From Squalus acanthias (lineage: Eukaryota): a DNA stretch of 64,000 nucleotides. Of the stretch, positions 49,600 to 63,125 are shown in pieces (within the stretch, counting starts at the first letter, position 1; each line of letters starts with the position of its first letter). Made by a program: the position numbers and the translations under genes. The stretch lies in NCBI GenBank assembly GCA_030390025.1, contig CM059425.1, forward strand, positions 178,500,001 to 178,564,000, written 5' to 3'. The notes under the pieces were generated by a model that saw only the letters and a list, made by a program, of their open reading frames with translations, searched no databases and was not told where the DNA came from.

Positions 49600-51300
49600 C
49601 CCCCCTCACACAGGGGACCCTCCTGTTTCCAGGTGTTTAATGTACCAACGAGACTGCTGTCAAACCAGACAAAAAAAAAAGCACGTGGGGAATTTGCAGA
49701 CTTACGCTCTCGTTTATACCGATTACTTTCAACAGATTTGTTTTTAATGCTGGTCGGAAGAATATCTCTTTTATCGGCACATACAGCAAAGAGAGACGCT
49801 GCAGCCCCTCGCCCACCCCCACTCTCGGAGCGGAGAGTTAAGGCAGCCGTTCACACACACACAACACAAATCTGCACGCTTGCTCCACGAAACCCTGGAT
49901 CCTCAGCAATTAGGTCCGTCCAAAGCTCTTTGTAAATATTCGGGCTGCTAACTTGTGCTAAGTCTTTCCGAAAAGGTAAACGTCTTTGTACGCCCAGCGT
50001 TTAAAGCAACTGTTAAAAGATAGTACTTTATAAAAAGCGAACGAGGATGAAAGAATTTTGAAGGCAACTTTAGCAAATGATAAAAAAGCCAAGCATCGGA
50101 ACACCTTTTTATTTAAATATGTGCAGATAATGTGGTTTGCCCACGATCGTTATCTGCGAGATAGAAATTCTTTGAGGGTCTAACATTAAAACCAGACTCC
50201 GCATTTAACAACAACAACACAAAATCCAGAAGCGATATTTAATACCAGCAGACTGTTCGCACCAGTCCTCGGGAGCCTAATGTCATGAGCTGAGAAATCC
50301 AATCCAAACACACAGGTTCCAGCCCGGCTACATACACGCGGCTCCCTGTAGATATGATCACCGACGAGGGTGAACAATTAGCAGAACAAATCTCAAGGAA
50401 AGACACACGCAAAATAACAAAGAGCCAGTGCTCGCCACATACAGAAACAAAAAGCTGCTAACCCTTGTTCCACCAGAATAAACAGAAAAGCACTCTACCT
50501 TCTGGGTTTGCAAAGGCAAGCCAGGGAGTCGAACCAGCGGCACTGATGTCTCATTAGTAATCCATTTAAGGCTATCTATGGCCAACTTGATCCACACACA
50601 GTGGTTGTCAGCCGCTGTGAGGGTAACACATGTGCCTTGTCTTGACAAGGGGGAGAGTAACACGGCTGTCCCCCAACCAGCCCAACTGCATGTGGAACTT
50701 TTGCTGCTCCAAAAACCTTTTTCACGAAAATCCACCAGAAATCCACTCAGGAAACCCTCGCCGATCCGACACGGCTACCAAGAGGGAGACTTGGCTCAAG
50801 GAAGAGCCGCTCTGTTCTCCTACAACCGGCCGGGTAACGTTGGAAGCCTGTATAGCTTCTTGTCCAGTGTCCTGTCACAGCAGGCAAACACGGCGCTGGC
50901 TACACAAGCTGCGAGTCATCTTATTTGGAGATGTGCAGGGCGAGCCGCCTGTCTTACGAGCGAGTGCCCCAGTACTACCCCCATCCTTGCCTTCAAACTC
51001 CAGCTGTCACTGGCTATCCGCTTTGGAAGAGACAGCACTCAAACCCTGGACTGGATTTTTTCTTTGAACGGATCTGGCGCTTTTGCACTCGGCAGTCGGC
51101 TCGCTGCTCTCCAGGCACCCAAATCAGATTCAAGATAATCTGTTAAACATTTATGCAGGCATTTTAAGAATTAAATTCCCACTTCATGCCAAGCGAATAA
51201 ACAGAGATCCTTGAGAGTCCGTACACCCACTAACACTTTGGAAATGACTTCCTGCTTGGGATTAGTTTAAGAGCCAATCCGTTTTGAATAGTCAGAACCA
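49600..51300 (-). promoter_or_regulatory. CpG-enriched region, probable promoter and 5'UTR exon(s) of a minus-strand host gene
   Basis: Many CpGs, no TE homology; minus-strand donor C|GTAAGT at 49706/49705; GCCAATC (NF-Y-like) at ~51273 and ACTTCCTG (ETS-like) at ~51247; + strand A/C-rich to the left. Confidence 0.4.
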
Positions 51301-51484
51301 CAGAGATATATCCTATTAATTTACTGTTAACAATTTCAAGGCGTGGGCCACAATTTGTCCTTAAAGATTTAAAAAATATATTTTGCTTTATTAAAAACAG
51401 CTTTTGTCTTTTCATTCACTCCAGAGAACAGAAAAAACATTCATATCAGAAAAAACATTCACACAACAGTGACGACACTTAAAA

Positions 51485-51565
51485 AAAGTACTTCATTGGC
51501 CGTAAAGCGCTTTGGGACGTCCGGTAGTCATGAAAGGCGCTATATAAATGCAAGTCTTTCTTTTA
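51485..51565 (+). mobile_element. SINE 3' tail (L2 type)
   Basis: GTAAAGCGCTTTGGGACGTCC...TGAAAGGCGCTATATAAATGCAAGTCTTTCTTT. Confidence 0.75.
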
Positions 51566-51704
51566 TCTACTCCCAGTTCTACTCTCCCCTTCCTTCAATT
51601 TGATTTACATGTTTGTGCTACCTGAGCTTTTTTCAATTGCTGAATTATAATTAGAAGATTTTACTGGTGTCCAGACAGAACAACTCTTTTGTAAAATGAA
51701 AATG

Positions 51705-51770
51705 AAAAAACTGCAAATGTTGGAAATCCGAAATAAAAACAGAAATTGCTGAAAATACACAGCGGGTCAA
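51705..51770 (-). mobile_element. Penelope-like terminal fragment
   Basis: CTGCAAATGTTGGAAATCCGAAATAAAAACAGAAATTGCTG matches 2464-2505. Confidence 0.6.
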
Positions 51771-53079
51771 AATAGAAAAATAGGTTATTAACTTGTTTAT
51801 GTCTGTTTTTGTTTTAATTGACATTTTGTGTGTATAACACTTAAAACATAAACAGGCATCTCTAAGGTTTATAAAATAGAGAGGGGGATGGGGAGAACCA
51901 ACAGATAGGCTAAAGACAGAGAGGCGGTAAGTGAGTAAATGACCTGCAAACTGCTTAATAAAAGACTGAGATACATAGATATAAAAAAACAAAAGAATGT
52001 GCAAATAGTGGAAGGTGGAAAGACAAGGGAGAGACACAAACAAAAAGGCAATAACATTGGGAAAAATAGCGAAGGAGCAAAAAAAAGGCAAGCTGCAAAT
52101 TCAACAGACCCGAAATTAAATTCTTATGTAAAGTTTTGCTTTGGCACCATTTACAACGAAGAGGACTGTTTCTTTTTACGTGCACAATGGTTTTTAACAG
52201 CTTCGCCTTCCTGTTCTGCATTCGTTCTCTGCAAACCAATTATACTGGGACGTGCTGCTGTTGTTAGATTGCTGCAGGTACCTCGCCCGGTTTGCCCATT
52301 GTAGCACACATCAGGGTGGCTAGTAAAGTTACTGGCTGCAGAAATACACTTCAATATGCTCCAAAACATTGCTAATAAAGACCACTTAAAAAGATCCCAT
52401 TCTTAAAAATTATGTGCATCTATTTGCCCCCCAAATTATTCATTTGACCTCCTCGGATCTCTTCATCTGTTAAATACTGAAGTTACATTCTTATTGTCAT
52501 GTGATACTTAATTTGGGGCAGCTTAAAAATGTCAAGAATTAAAATAAATTCTATCCATATACAGATACCAAATAATGCAATACCAGATTCCTTGCAAAAA
52601 AATCAGGGATTTCTATTACTTTCAATGCAAATCCACAGCTCTTTTTATTTGCTTTGAGTAGAAATGAAACATTCAATACATTTATGTGCATTAAATAATA
52701 CATATTTACATAGAAGACATAATTCAATTATGCATGTATGTGGGTAGCTACATAACGAAGAATGCATACATGTATTCAATATGCATCAGTGTTTGCTGAC
52801 AAACAGTGCAGATCAGACCCTCTCTGGTCCCCAAGTCTTGCTGCTAATGGTTCTGTCCATTGCAAAATGTAGGCAGAAATTCTCACTTACAGCATGAATT
52901 GGGGAGCAAAGGAGTGCCTGGAATTAGTTCCAAGGCTCAGGCAAGAGTGGTACAGAAGGGAGAGGGGAGAGGAAAGGGAAAATGAATGGCAATGAGGGGA
53001 AGAGGGAAGGGGAGATTAGATGTCAATGAAGGAGGGAATAGATGGCAATGAAGGGTACAGTGAAGGGGTAGAACCTGGG

Positions 53080-53186
53080 AGCACTCCCTCAGTACTGCAC
53101 TGAAGTGCCAGCCTAGATTATATGGTCAAATCTCTGGAGTGGGGCTTGAACTCATAACTTTCTGACTCCGAGGCAAGAATGCTACA
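53080..53186 (-). mobile_element. tRNA-SINE head fragment (same family as 22830-23462)
   Basis: AGCACTCCCTCAGTACTGCACTGAAGTG...GAGTGGGGCTTGAAC nearly identical to 23318-23414. Confidence 0.75.
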
Positions 53187-53909
53187 AGAGGGTATAGAGT
53201 GCCTTTGTAAACTGGCGTAGGGGGTTTGGATATCGAGAGTGACTATTGAGGTCACTTTTGGGGAAGTTACGTTTTTGTTAGTCAGTTGAAAATCCCAATT
53301 CACTTCGATTTTCCATTTTTTAAATAAATAGTTTCATAAATTTTGAAATATAAAAGTGTTTAAAATGAACTAAAGAGTAAAACATCTCAGTTTGCTGTTG
53401 GAGCATGCCGATGGTCTCACCTAAAATGCACCACTGATTCTGCATCTTCAACATTTCCCTTTCAAACTTTCATGACCTTATGTTTGTTTTCCTTCAGTAC
53501 GTGAAGGAATGTTGGATACACCTATCGTTTAACTTACAAAGACTTGTAAACTATTTATTTCCACATGTCATAAGGCTTATTATCAGGGCCATTGCTGAAT
53601 TGTTAGCTTTTTGGAGGCTGTATTAGCTCTTTGAAGCTATTGGTCAACTTTTGCTAGTTTTCTAGGTTGGCCTATATGGGAATGACATTGAAGATATACT
53701 GGTTTTAAACTGGCAATGGACTAAGATCCTGTGGACTGAGCTCTTTTTTACTTTGGTTACATCAGTGACATGACCTGATTCCACTATACTAAATCAATGT
53801 GGTTTAATAAATGGAGCTGCTTAGTTATTATTTTAGACATTTTCCCTCCCATTTTCTCTCTTTCTTTCCTGAAGGCAATGGCTCATGCTGGGGTATAGTT
53901 CTATGTGTG

Positions 53910-55310
53910 CCCAGGTGTGCCCTGTCTGCAAAAAGCAGTACAAATCCAATCTGGCCAATTACCGCCCCATCCGTCTACTCTCAATGATCAGCAAAGTGAT
54001 GGAAGGTGTCGTCGACACTGCTATCAAGCGGCACTTACTCACCAATAACTTGCTCACCGATGCTCAGTTTGGGTTCCGCCAGGATCACTCGGCTCCAGAT
54101 CTCATTACAGCCTTGGTCCAAACATGGACAAAAGAGCTGAACTCCAGAGGTGAGGTGAGAGTGACTGCCCTTGACATCAAGGAAGCATTTGACCGAGTGT
54201 GGCATCAAGGAGCCAGAGTAAAATTGAAGTCAATGGGAATCAAGGGGAAAACTCTCCACTGGATGGAGACATACCTAGCACAAAGGAAGATGGTTGTTGG
54301 AGGTCAATCATCTCAGCCCCAGAATATCACTGCAGGAGTTCCTCAGGGCAGTGTCCTAGACCCAACCATCTTCAGCTGCTTCATCAATGACCTTCCCTCC
54401 AGCATAAGGTCAGAAGTGGGGATGTTCGCTGATGATTGCAGTGGTCAGTTCCATTCGCAACTCCCCAGATAATGAAGCAAGACCTGAACGACATTCAGGC
54501 TTGGTCTGAAAAATGGCAATTAACATTCGCGCCACGCAAGTGCCAGGCAATGACTATCTCCAACAAGAGAGAGTCTAACTACCGCCCCTTGACATTCAAC
54601 AGCATTACCATTGTCGATGCCCCCACCATCAACATCCTGGGGGGTCACCATTGACTAGAAACATAACTGGACCAGCCACATAAATACTGTGGCTACAAGA
54701 GCAGGTCAGAGGCTAGGTATTCTGCGGTGAGTGTCTCACCTCCTGACTCCCCAAAGGCTTTCCACCATCTACAAGGCATAAGTCAGGAATGTGAAGGAAT
54801 AATCTTCACTTACCTGGATGAGTGCTGCTCCAACAACACTCAAGAAGCTCGACACCATCCAGGACAAAGCAGCCCGCTTAATTGGCACCCCATCCACCAC
54901 CTTAAACATTCACTCCCTCCACCACCGGCGTACCGTGGCTGCAGTGTGTACCATCTACAAGATGCATTGCAGCAACATGCCAAGGCCTCTTCGGCAGCAC
55001 CTCCCAAACCTACGACCTCTACCACCTAGAAGGACAAGGGCAGCAGGCACATGGGAATATCATCACCTGCAAGTTCCCCTCCAAGTTACAAACCATCCTG
55101 ACTTGGAAATAAATCGCCGTTCCTTCATAGTCGCTGGGTCAAAATCCTGGAACTCCCTCCCTAACAGCACTGTGGGAGTACCTTCACCACACGGACTGCA
55201 GCGGTTCAAGAAGGTGGCTCACTACCACCTTCCCAAGGGCAATTTGAGATGGGTAATAAATGCTGGCCTTGCCAGCGACGCCCACATCCCAGGAACGAAT
55301 AAAAAAAAAA
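53910..55310 (+). mobile_element. Divergent CR1-group LINE, RT plus 3' end, poly(A) tail
   Basis: NYRPIRLLS, QFGFR, ALDIKEAFDRVWH, GVPQGSVL, FADDC; A-run at 55301-55310. Confidence 0.9.
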
Positions 55311-57221
55311 CCACCCAAGTGTCCATTCTTAAGCTGTTTTTTCACTGGTACAATTTAACTTAAATTCTGAGTGGCTAGCATCTGTGAGCTAGCGCTCAAC
55401 ATTGACATTGTTAAATCTGGCACCTGCAACACAGTTGCAGAAGCACAGACCTAGAAGAAGCTGGACCTATGAGTCTGCCTAATTGGTTGATAATCAAGAT
55501 AGATTTAGTAATGTAAATGCCGAGAGCTGATTCAAGGATGATAGACTCCTGGAATCTGAACTAAAACAGCGCCTGTATAATGTGTGATCATAGATGCTGA
55601 TTGTCAGCAGGCTTGGCATGACAGCCCAGCTCAATTACTTTCTTGCCCACTGTCCACAGACAATTTGTTTTACAACAGGGGCATCACTGGGCAGTAATCA
55701 GAAGTGGAAAATCAGACTGATTTTCCCCTCCCTAGCCTAAGAATTCTGCAGTGATTGTAGTGTCCCTATTGCCATCTTGGCTAAAAACAGCTAATTCGGC
55801 AAAGAGCAGGAATTGGTCTGATCTAAATGGCTTTAATTGCTCCCAGTTCACATCTTCAGCAAGAGAACAATCAAAGGTAGGAGGTCCCCTAGTTATGGTA
55901 GTGGGGTCAATCTACTGACAATTTACTCATTTGTTATTTTTGCAAAGGTGTAATTGAAGCAGGGCAGCTTCCAATGTGGGTGCAGAACACACTATCAGTA
56001 GAGGTACTAAGGGAGAAAAGGGATGGGTTGGGATTTGATGGATGCTGTCAACTGTGCTCCCATGGTATAGTGGCATTTGTTCAAACCAGACCTGGCATGA
56101 ACTCACTGATGAGGTGGGTGTAGTTTGAACTGGCACCTATTCGAGTGCATAAATTAGACCAAATGTACTGCATTTTGAAGGTCAGATTGTATGCAATTTT
56201 AGATCTGATTGTTCTCCAAAGCACAATATAGTGTTAGCATCAATATAGTTTAGCAATGACAATTTACACAGGAGACCTTAAAAAGCATGCCACACTTACA
56301 AAATTGTACAGTCTCCAGTGTAAAAACATGGCTTGTAATGTTTCACAGCGTCATTCTATGCTTCAGGGAATAGAGTTCGAAAAAAGGAATCTGACTAAAA
56401 TAATTACAATAATTTAATAAGCTAATCATAGAACTCTGCCATGGATTAAGGAGGCTTTGAAATAATAAGTAAACAGCAGAGTATAGATTTGGCATTGTAC
56501 AAAGTAAAGAAAGATCTTAGCACCATTATCTCTGGATCTATCCTAGGCCCCCTCCTATTTCTCATCTACAACGCACCAAAACAAAAATTAGAGGGAATAT
56601 TGATTGGTTCCCGGTTAAGCAATGCCTCAATTTTAAAATTCTCAGCAACATCATCCGAAAACACAACGTCAGTTTCCACATGTACGCTGACGACACCCAG
56701 CTCTATCTCACCACCACCTCTCTTGACCCCTCCATTGTCTCTGAATTGCCAGACTGCTTGTTCGACATCCAGTAATGGATGAACAGAAATTTCTTCCAAC
56801 TAAATATTAGGAAGACTGAAGCCATTGTCTTCAGTCCCCGCCACAAACTCCGTTCCCTAGCCACCAACTCCATCTCTCTCCCTGGCAACTGTCTGAGGCT
56901 GAGCCAGACTGTTTGCAATTTTAATGTCACAATTGACCCCGAGATGAGCTTCCGACCACATATCTGCGCCATCATAAAGACCGCCTGTTTCCACCTCCGT
57001 AACATCGCCCGACTCCACCCCTGCCTCAGCTCATCTGCTGCTGAAACACTCATCCAGGCCTTTGTTACCTTGGATTTGACTATTCCAATGCACTGCTGGC
57101 CAGCCACCCATTTTCCATCCTCTGTAAACTTGAGGTCATCCAAAACTCTGCTGCCCGCGTCCTAACCCACACCAAGTCCCATTCACTCATCACCGCTGTA
57201 CTCGCTGACCTACATTGGCTC

Positions 57222-57373
57222 CAATGTTCCCCCTAAGGCGCATGGCTGATCGGGTGGTCCCGTGCATGTGCAGGCCACTCACCAGCTGCTGCTGGAAAAG
57301 ATACCGCGCATCTGTGGCCGCGCAGCAAATTTAAAGGGACTGCGCACCAAAAAAAAAATTAGAGGGAACATTG
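57222..57373. mobile_element. hAT-like MITE (copy 2)
   Basis: 15-bp TIRs CAATGTTCCCCCTAA / TTAGAGGGAACATTG; 8-bp TSD ATTGGCTC (57214-57221) / ATTGGTTC (57374-57381). Confidence 0.9.
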
Positions 57374-57605
57374 ATTGGTTCCCAGTTAAGCAATGCCTCA
57401 ATTTTAAAATTCTCATTCTTGTTTTCAAATCCATCCATGGTCCCGTCCCTCCCTATCTCTGTAATCTCTTCCAGTCCAACAACCCTCCGAGATATCTGCC
57501 TTCTTCTAATTCTGCTCTCATAGAGTCATAGTCATTGAGTTATTCAGCACAGAAAGAGGCCCTTCGGCCCATCGTGTCCATGCCGGCCATCAAGCTCTGT
57601 CTATT

Positions 57606-60426
57606 CTAATCCCATTTTCCAGCACTTGGTCCGTAGCCTTGTATGCTATGGCGTTTCAAGTGCTCATCTAAATGCTTCTTGAATGTTGTGAGGGTTCCTG
57701 CCTCTACCACCCTTTCAGGCAGTGAGTTCCAGATTCCAACCACCCTCTGGGTGAAAAAGTTTTTCCTCAAATCCCCTCTAAATCTCCTGCCCCTTACCTT
57801 GAAACTATGCCCCCTTGTTATTGACCCCTCTACTAAGGGGAAAAGTTCCTTTCTATCTACCCTATCTATGCCCCTCATAATTTTGTACACCTCAATCAGG
57901 TCCCCCCTCAGCCTTCTCTGCTCAAAGGAAAACAACCCCAGCCTGTCCAGTCTCTCTTCATAGCTGAAGCGCTCCAGCCCAGGTAACATCCTGGTGAATC
58001 TCCTCTGCACCCTCTCCAATGCAATCACATCCTTACTATAGTGTGGCGACCAGAACTGCACACAGTATTCCAGCTGTGGCCTAACTAGCGTTTTGTACAG
58101 CTCCATCATAACCTCCCTGCTCTTATATTCTATGCCTCGGCTAATGAAGGCAAGTATCCCATATGCCTTTTTAACCACCTTATCTACCTGTCCTGCTGCC
58201 TTCAGGGATCTATGTACATGCACACCAAGGTCCCTCTGATCCTCTGTCCTTCCTAGGGTCCTACCATTCATTGTGTATTCCCTTGCCTTGTTAGTCCTCC
58301 CAAAATGCATCACCTCACACTTTTCAGGGTTAAATTCCATTTGCCACTGTTCTGCCCATCTGACCAACCCGTCCATATCGTCCTGTAGCCTGAGGCTTCC
58401 CTCCTCGCTATTTACCACCCCACCAATTTTCGTGTCATCTGCGAACTTACTGATCATACCTCCTACATTCATATCTAAATCATTAATGTACACTACAAAC
58501 AGCAAAGGACCCAGCACTGATCCCTGCAGTACACCACTGGACACAGGCTTCCAGTCACAAAAACAACCTTCGACCATCACCCTCTGCCTCCTGCCACTAA
58601 GCCAATTTTGGATCCAATGTGCCAAGTTGCCCTGGATCCCATGGGCTCTTACCTTCTTGACCAGTCTCCCATGCGGGACTTTGTCAAAAGCCTTACTGAA
58701 GTCCATGTAGACCACATCAACTGTACTACCCTCATCCACACACCTAGTCACCCCCTCGAAAAATTCAATCAAATTGGTCAGACATGATCTCCCCCTGACA
58801 AAGCCATGCTGACTATCCTTGATTAATCCTTGCCTCTCCAAGTGGAGACTAATTCTGTCCCTCAGAATTTTTTCCAATAATTTCCCTACCGCTGATGTTA
58901 GGCTCACTGGCCTATAATTCCCTGGTTTATCCCTACTACCCTTCTTGAATAATGGTACTATGTTAGCTGTTCTCCAGTCCTCTGGCACCTCCCCTCTGGC
59001 CAGAGATGTTCTGAAAATTTGTGTCAGAGCCCCTGCAATCTCCTCCCTTGCCTCACACAGCAGCCTGGGATACATCTCGTCTGGGCCTGGGGATTTATCC
59101 ACTTTTAAGCCCGCTAAAACCACTAGTACCTCCTCCCTCTCAGTACTAATTTGTTCAAGTATATCACAATCCCCCTGTCTGATTTCTATGCCTACATCGT
59201 CCTTCTCCATAGTGAACACAGATACAAAATATTCATTTAAACCCCCCCCCTCTGGCTCTAAACACAGATTGCCACTTTGGTCCCTAATGGGCCCTACTCT
59301 TTCCCTGGTTATCCTCTTGCCCTTAATATACTTATAAAACACCTTGGGATTTTCCTTTATTTTGCCCGCCAGTGTTATTTCATGCCCCCTCTTCGCTCTC
59401 CTAATTTCTTTTTTAAGTAACCCCCTGCACTTTCTATACTCCTCTAGGGCTTCCACTGTTTTTAGTCCTTTGTATCTGCCAAAAGCCTCCCTTTTTTTCC
59501 TAATCCATTCTCGTATATCCCTTGACATCCAGGGTTCCCTGGACTTGTTGGTCCCACCCTTGACCTTTACGGGAACATGTTGCCGTTGTACTCTCTCTAT
59601 TTCCTTTCTGAAAGACTCCCACTGCTCTGATGTGGATTTTCCTACAAGTAGCTGATCCCAGTCCACTTTGGCCAGATCCTGCCTTATCATATTAAAATCG
59701 GCCTTCCCCCAATTTAGAACCTTTATTTCCGGTCCATCTTTGTCCTTTTCCATGACTACCTTAAATCTCACCGAATTATGGTCACTGTCACCAAAATGCT
59801 CTCCTACTAACACTTCTACCACTTGCCCGGCTACATTCCCTAGAATTAGGTCCAGTACCGCTCCCTCTCTTGTAGGACTTTCTACATGCTGGCTCAAAAA
59901 GCTCTCCTGGATGCACTTTAAGAACCGCACCCTCTAAGCCTTTCACACTCTGACTATCCCAGTTAATATTGGGGAAGTTGAAATCCCCTACTATTATTAC
60001 CCTATTATTTCTACACTTCTCTGAGATTTGCCTACATATCTGTTCCTCTATCTCCCCCTAACTGTTTGGGGGCCTATAGTACACTCCCAGCAAAGTGCTT
60101 GCCCCCTTTTTGTTTTTGAGTTCTACCCATATGGCCTCATTAGAGGAACCTGCTAAGATATCATCCCTCCTTACAGCAGTAATTGACTCCTTGATTAATA
60201 TTGCGACACCCCCTCCTCTTTTACACCCCCCTCTGTCTCGCCTGAAGATTCTATACCCCGGAATATTGAGCTGCCAGTCCTGCCCCTCCCTCAACCATGT
60301 CTCTGTGACAGCAACAATATCATACTCCCATGTGTTCATCAACACCTTCAATTCATCTGCCTTACTCGCAAGACTCCTTGCATTAAAATAAATGCCATCC
60401 AGCCTTGCCATACTCCCTTGTGCCAT
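57606..60426 (-). pseudogene. CR1 ORF2: EN part broken (stop at 60058, frameshift near 59930), then a 774-aa open tether plus RT
   Basis: YFNARS, VTETW, YRPP; SDH, KSPGPD, NYRPVSLTS, DFSKAFDKVPH, QGSVLGP, FADD. Confidence 0.94.
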
Positions 60427-60530
60427 TACATATTTGCTCTGCCTTCCAGGCTGACTTGTTTTTTCCTCTATATTTGGCTGTGCATCACCCCCTACTATAG
60501 CTCCACTCCGTATCCCATCCCCCTGCCAAG

Positions 60531-61482
60531 TTAGTTTAAACCCCCCCCAACAGCACTAGCAAACCTCCCCGCAAGGATGTTGGTTCCGTTCCAGTTCAGG
60601 TGCAACCCGTCCGACTTGTACAGGTCCCACCTTCCCCAGAAGCAGACCCAGTGATCCAGGAAACTAAAGCCTTCCCTCCTGCACCAACTCTTTAGCCACG
60701 CATTCATCTGCTCTATCCTCCTATTCCTATACTCACTAGCACGTGGCACCAGGGAGTAATCCAGAGATTACAACCTTTGAAGTCCTGATTTTTAATGTGC
60801 TACCTAGCTCCCTAAATTCTTGTTGCAGGACCTCGTCCCTCTTTCTACCCATGTCGTTGGTACCAATGTGAACCATGACCTCTGACTGTTCGCCCTCCCC
60901 CTTCAGAATGCCCTACAGCCGTTCAGTGACATCCTTGACCCTGGCACCAGGGAGTCAACATACCATCCTGGAGTCACGTCTGCGGCCACAGAAACATCTA
61001 TCTGTTCCCCTTACGATAGAATCCCCTATCACTATTGCTCTCCCACTCTTTTTCCTCCCCTCCTGTGCAGCTGAGCCACTCGTAGTGCCACGGACTTGGC
61101 TCTTGCTGCATTCCCCTGAGAAACCATCTCCCCCATCAGTATCCAAAATGGAAAATCTGTCGGAGAGGGAGATGGACCCAGGAGACTTCTGCACTACCTT
61201 CCTAGTTATTTTACTCTGTCTGGTGGTCACCCATTCCCTGTCTGCCTGTGTACTCTTTACCTGCGGTGTGACCACCTTGTTAAACGTGCTATCCACGAAG
61301 ATCTCAGCTTCGCGGATGCTCCACAGTGACTCCAGCCGCAGCTCCAGCTCCGAAACGCGGATTTCGAGTAGCTGCAGCTGGAGACACCTCCTGCACATGT
61401 GTTCGCCCTGGACACCTAAAGTGTCCCTAACTTCCAACATAGCACAGGAGGAGCACTCCACGCTGCCGAGCTGCCCTGCCAT
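60531..61482 (-). pseudogene. CR1 ORF1 (zinc finger, coiled coil, SGNH esterase), with a stop at 60955
   Basis: CSSC...CRRC, IVIGDSIVRG, DGLH; near-identical to the copy A ORF1 in its N-terminal two thirds. Confidence 0.92.
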
Positions 61483-62259
61483 GTCCTACCCTTAATTTAC
61501 TCCTTTTAAATTAAAGAATATTAAATACACTAGGGACCTAACTTCCCTTTAAATACTACTTACTCTAAACTAGAGACCTTACTTTTACTTTAATGACTGA
61601 AATGTAGAAAGACTGTAGAATACTCACCGCTGGTTCTCTGTCCCCTCTTGTGCAGCTTTTTAGCTCCTGCTCTCCTGGAAGCAAACTCGCAGTTTAACAC
61701 TCTGCACTCTCTCTTGAGCTCCCTGATTTTAATTGCTCCACTATTGTCGGCGTGACTTCAGCTGCCAAGGCTCTAAACTCTGGAATTCCCTCTTTAAATC
61801 TCCCCGCCTCTCTATTTCTCTTTCCTCCTTTAAGACGCTCCATAAAACCTTTCTCTTTCTGCCCTAATATCTCCTTATGTGGCTCAGTGTCAAATTTTGT
61901 TTGATAACGCTCCTATGAAGTGCCTTGGGACATTTTACTACTTTAAAGCTGCTATATAAATACAAGTTGTTGTTAGAGAGCTTATCATATTTAAAGGATG
62001 AAAAAAAATTACAAAAGAAGACTCATGCCTGTTTATATTGTACAAAATAGTTCTGTTTGTCTTCACTACTTGTAATATGGAAGTCACCCTGTTTACATTG
62101 TGCGGTAGATTCAAAAGTACTGGTAGAACCACAAAAACAAGGGCGTTTGCATGTGCAGAGTTGTTGCAAAGGCATAATCATGACATTCATTTTTGATCAA
62201 GCATCTTTCCCAAAGTCACAGATAAGGTTCACATGTGAAAACCTAGGCTCAATCCTTCT

Positions 62260-63125
62260 GCTAGCAGGAACAGCAAATTGTGTAGATGGGAGCAGGAAGT
62301 TAAAGGGACACTGAGAGATTAAGTGAGTGGGAAAACTGTGGCAAATGGAGTTCAATGTGGAGAAGCGTGCGGTCATCCACTTTGAATCCAAGAAAGAGAA
62401 ATCGGAATATTTTCTTAATGGCCAGAGATGAGAAATTGTGGAGGAGCAAAGGGGATTTGGGTGTCCAGGTACACAAATCACTAGAAGCTACTGCACAGGT
62501 ACAAAAAGTAATCAAAAAGGCTAATGGAATGTTGGCCTTTATCTCAAGGGGGCTGAAATACAAAGCGGGGGAAATGATGCTTCAGTTGTACAGAGTCTTG
62601 GTCAGACCCCATCTGGAGTATTCCATTCAGTTCTGGGCACCAAACCTCAGGAAGGATATATTGGCCTTGGAAAGGGTACAGTGCAGATTCACCAGAAAGG
62701 GTTAAATTATGAGGACATAAACGTGGCTTGTATTTTTTTGAAGTTAGAAGGTTGAGGGGGTGATCCAATCATGGTGTTTAAAATGTTAGAAGGATTTGAT
62801 AGAGCAAATGCATAGAAGCTGTTTCCTCTGGTGGGGGAATCCAGAACAAGGGGCCACGATTAAAATTAGAGCTAGGCCATTGAGAAGCAAAATCAGTAAG
62901 CACGTTTTCACACAAAGTGTAGTGGTAATGTGGAGCACTTGCCCCCAAAAGGCTGTGGATGCTGGGTCAATTGAAATTTTCCAAGACTGAGATCGATAGA
63001 TAGCTGTTAGGTAAAAGTACCATGGATATGGAACAATGGAGTTGAGGTATAGATCAGCCATGATCTAATTGAATGGTGGAGCAGGCTCAAGGGGCTGAAT
63101 GGACTGCTCCTGTTCCTATGTTCCT
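62260..63125 (+). mobile_element. Degraded CR1 3' RT fragment
   Basis: DLGVQVHKSL...KKANGMLAFISRG...LVRPHLEY; tail CTCCTGTTCCTATGTTCCTA. Confidence 0.88.

Larger units (their letters stand above)
57520..61708 (-). mobile_element. Near-full-length CR1 LINE (copy B) nested in L2
   Basis: Both ends fixed by the resumption of the host L2; possible CTCTC TSD; 5'UTR, ORF1, ORF2 and (GACTCTAT)n-like tail. Confidence 0.93.
56530..61973 (+). mobile_element. L2 LINE 3' half hosting nested insertions (L2 parts 56530-57519 and 61709-61973)
   Basis: GSILGPLLFLIY, YADDTQLY, WMNRNFFQLN, HLRNIARL; the L2 sequence ...TCTGCTCTC resumes as CTCTTGAGC... after the CR1, as in the intact copy at 23615-23635. Confidence 0.88.

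Noticed and set aside
50578..51138. 186-aa ORF in the CpG-rich region
   Set aside because: No recognisable domain; several frames are open here, as expected from composition.
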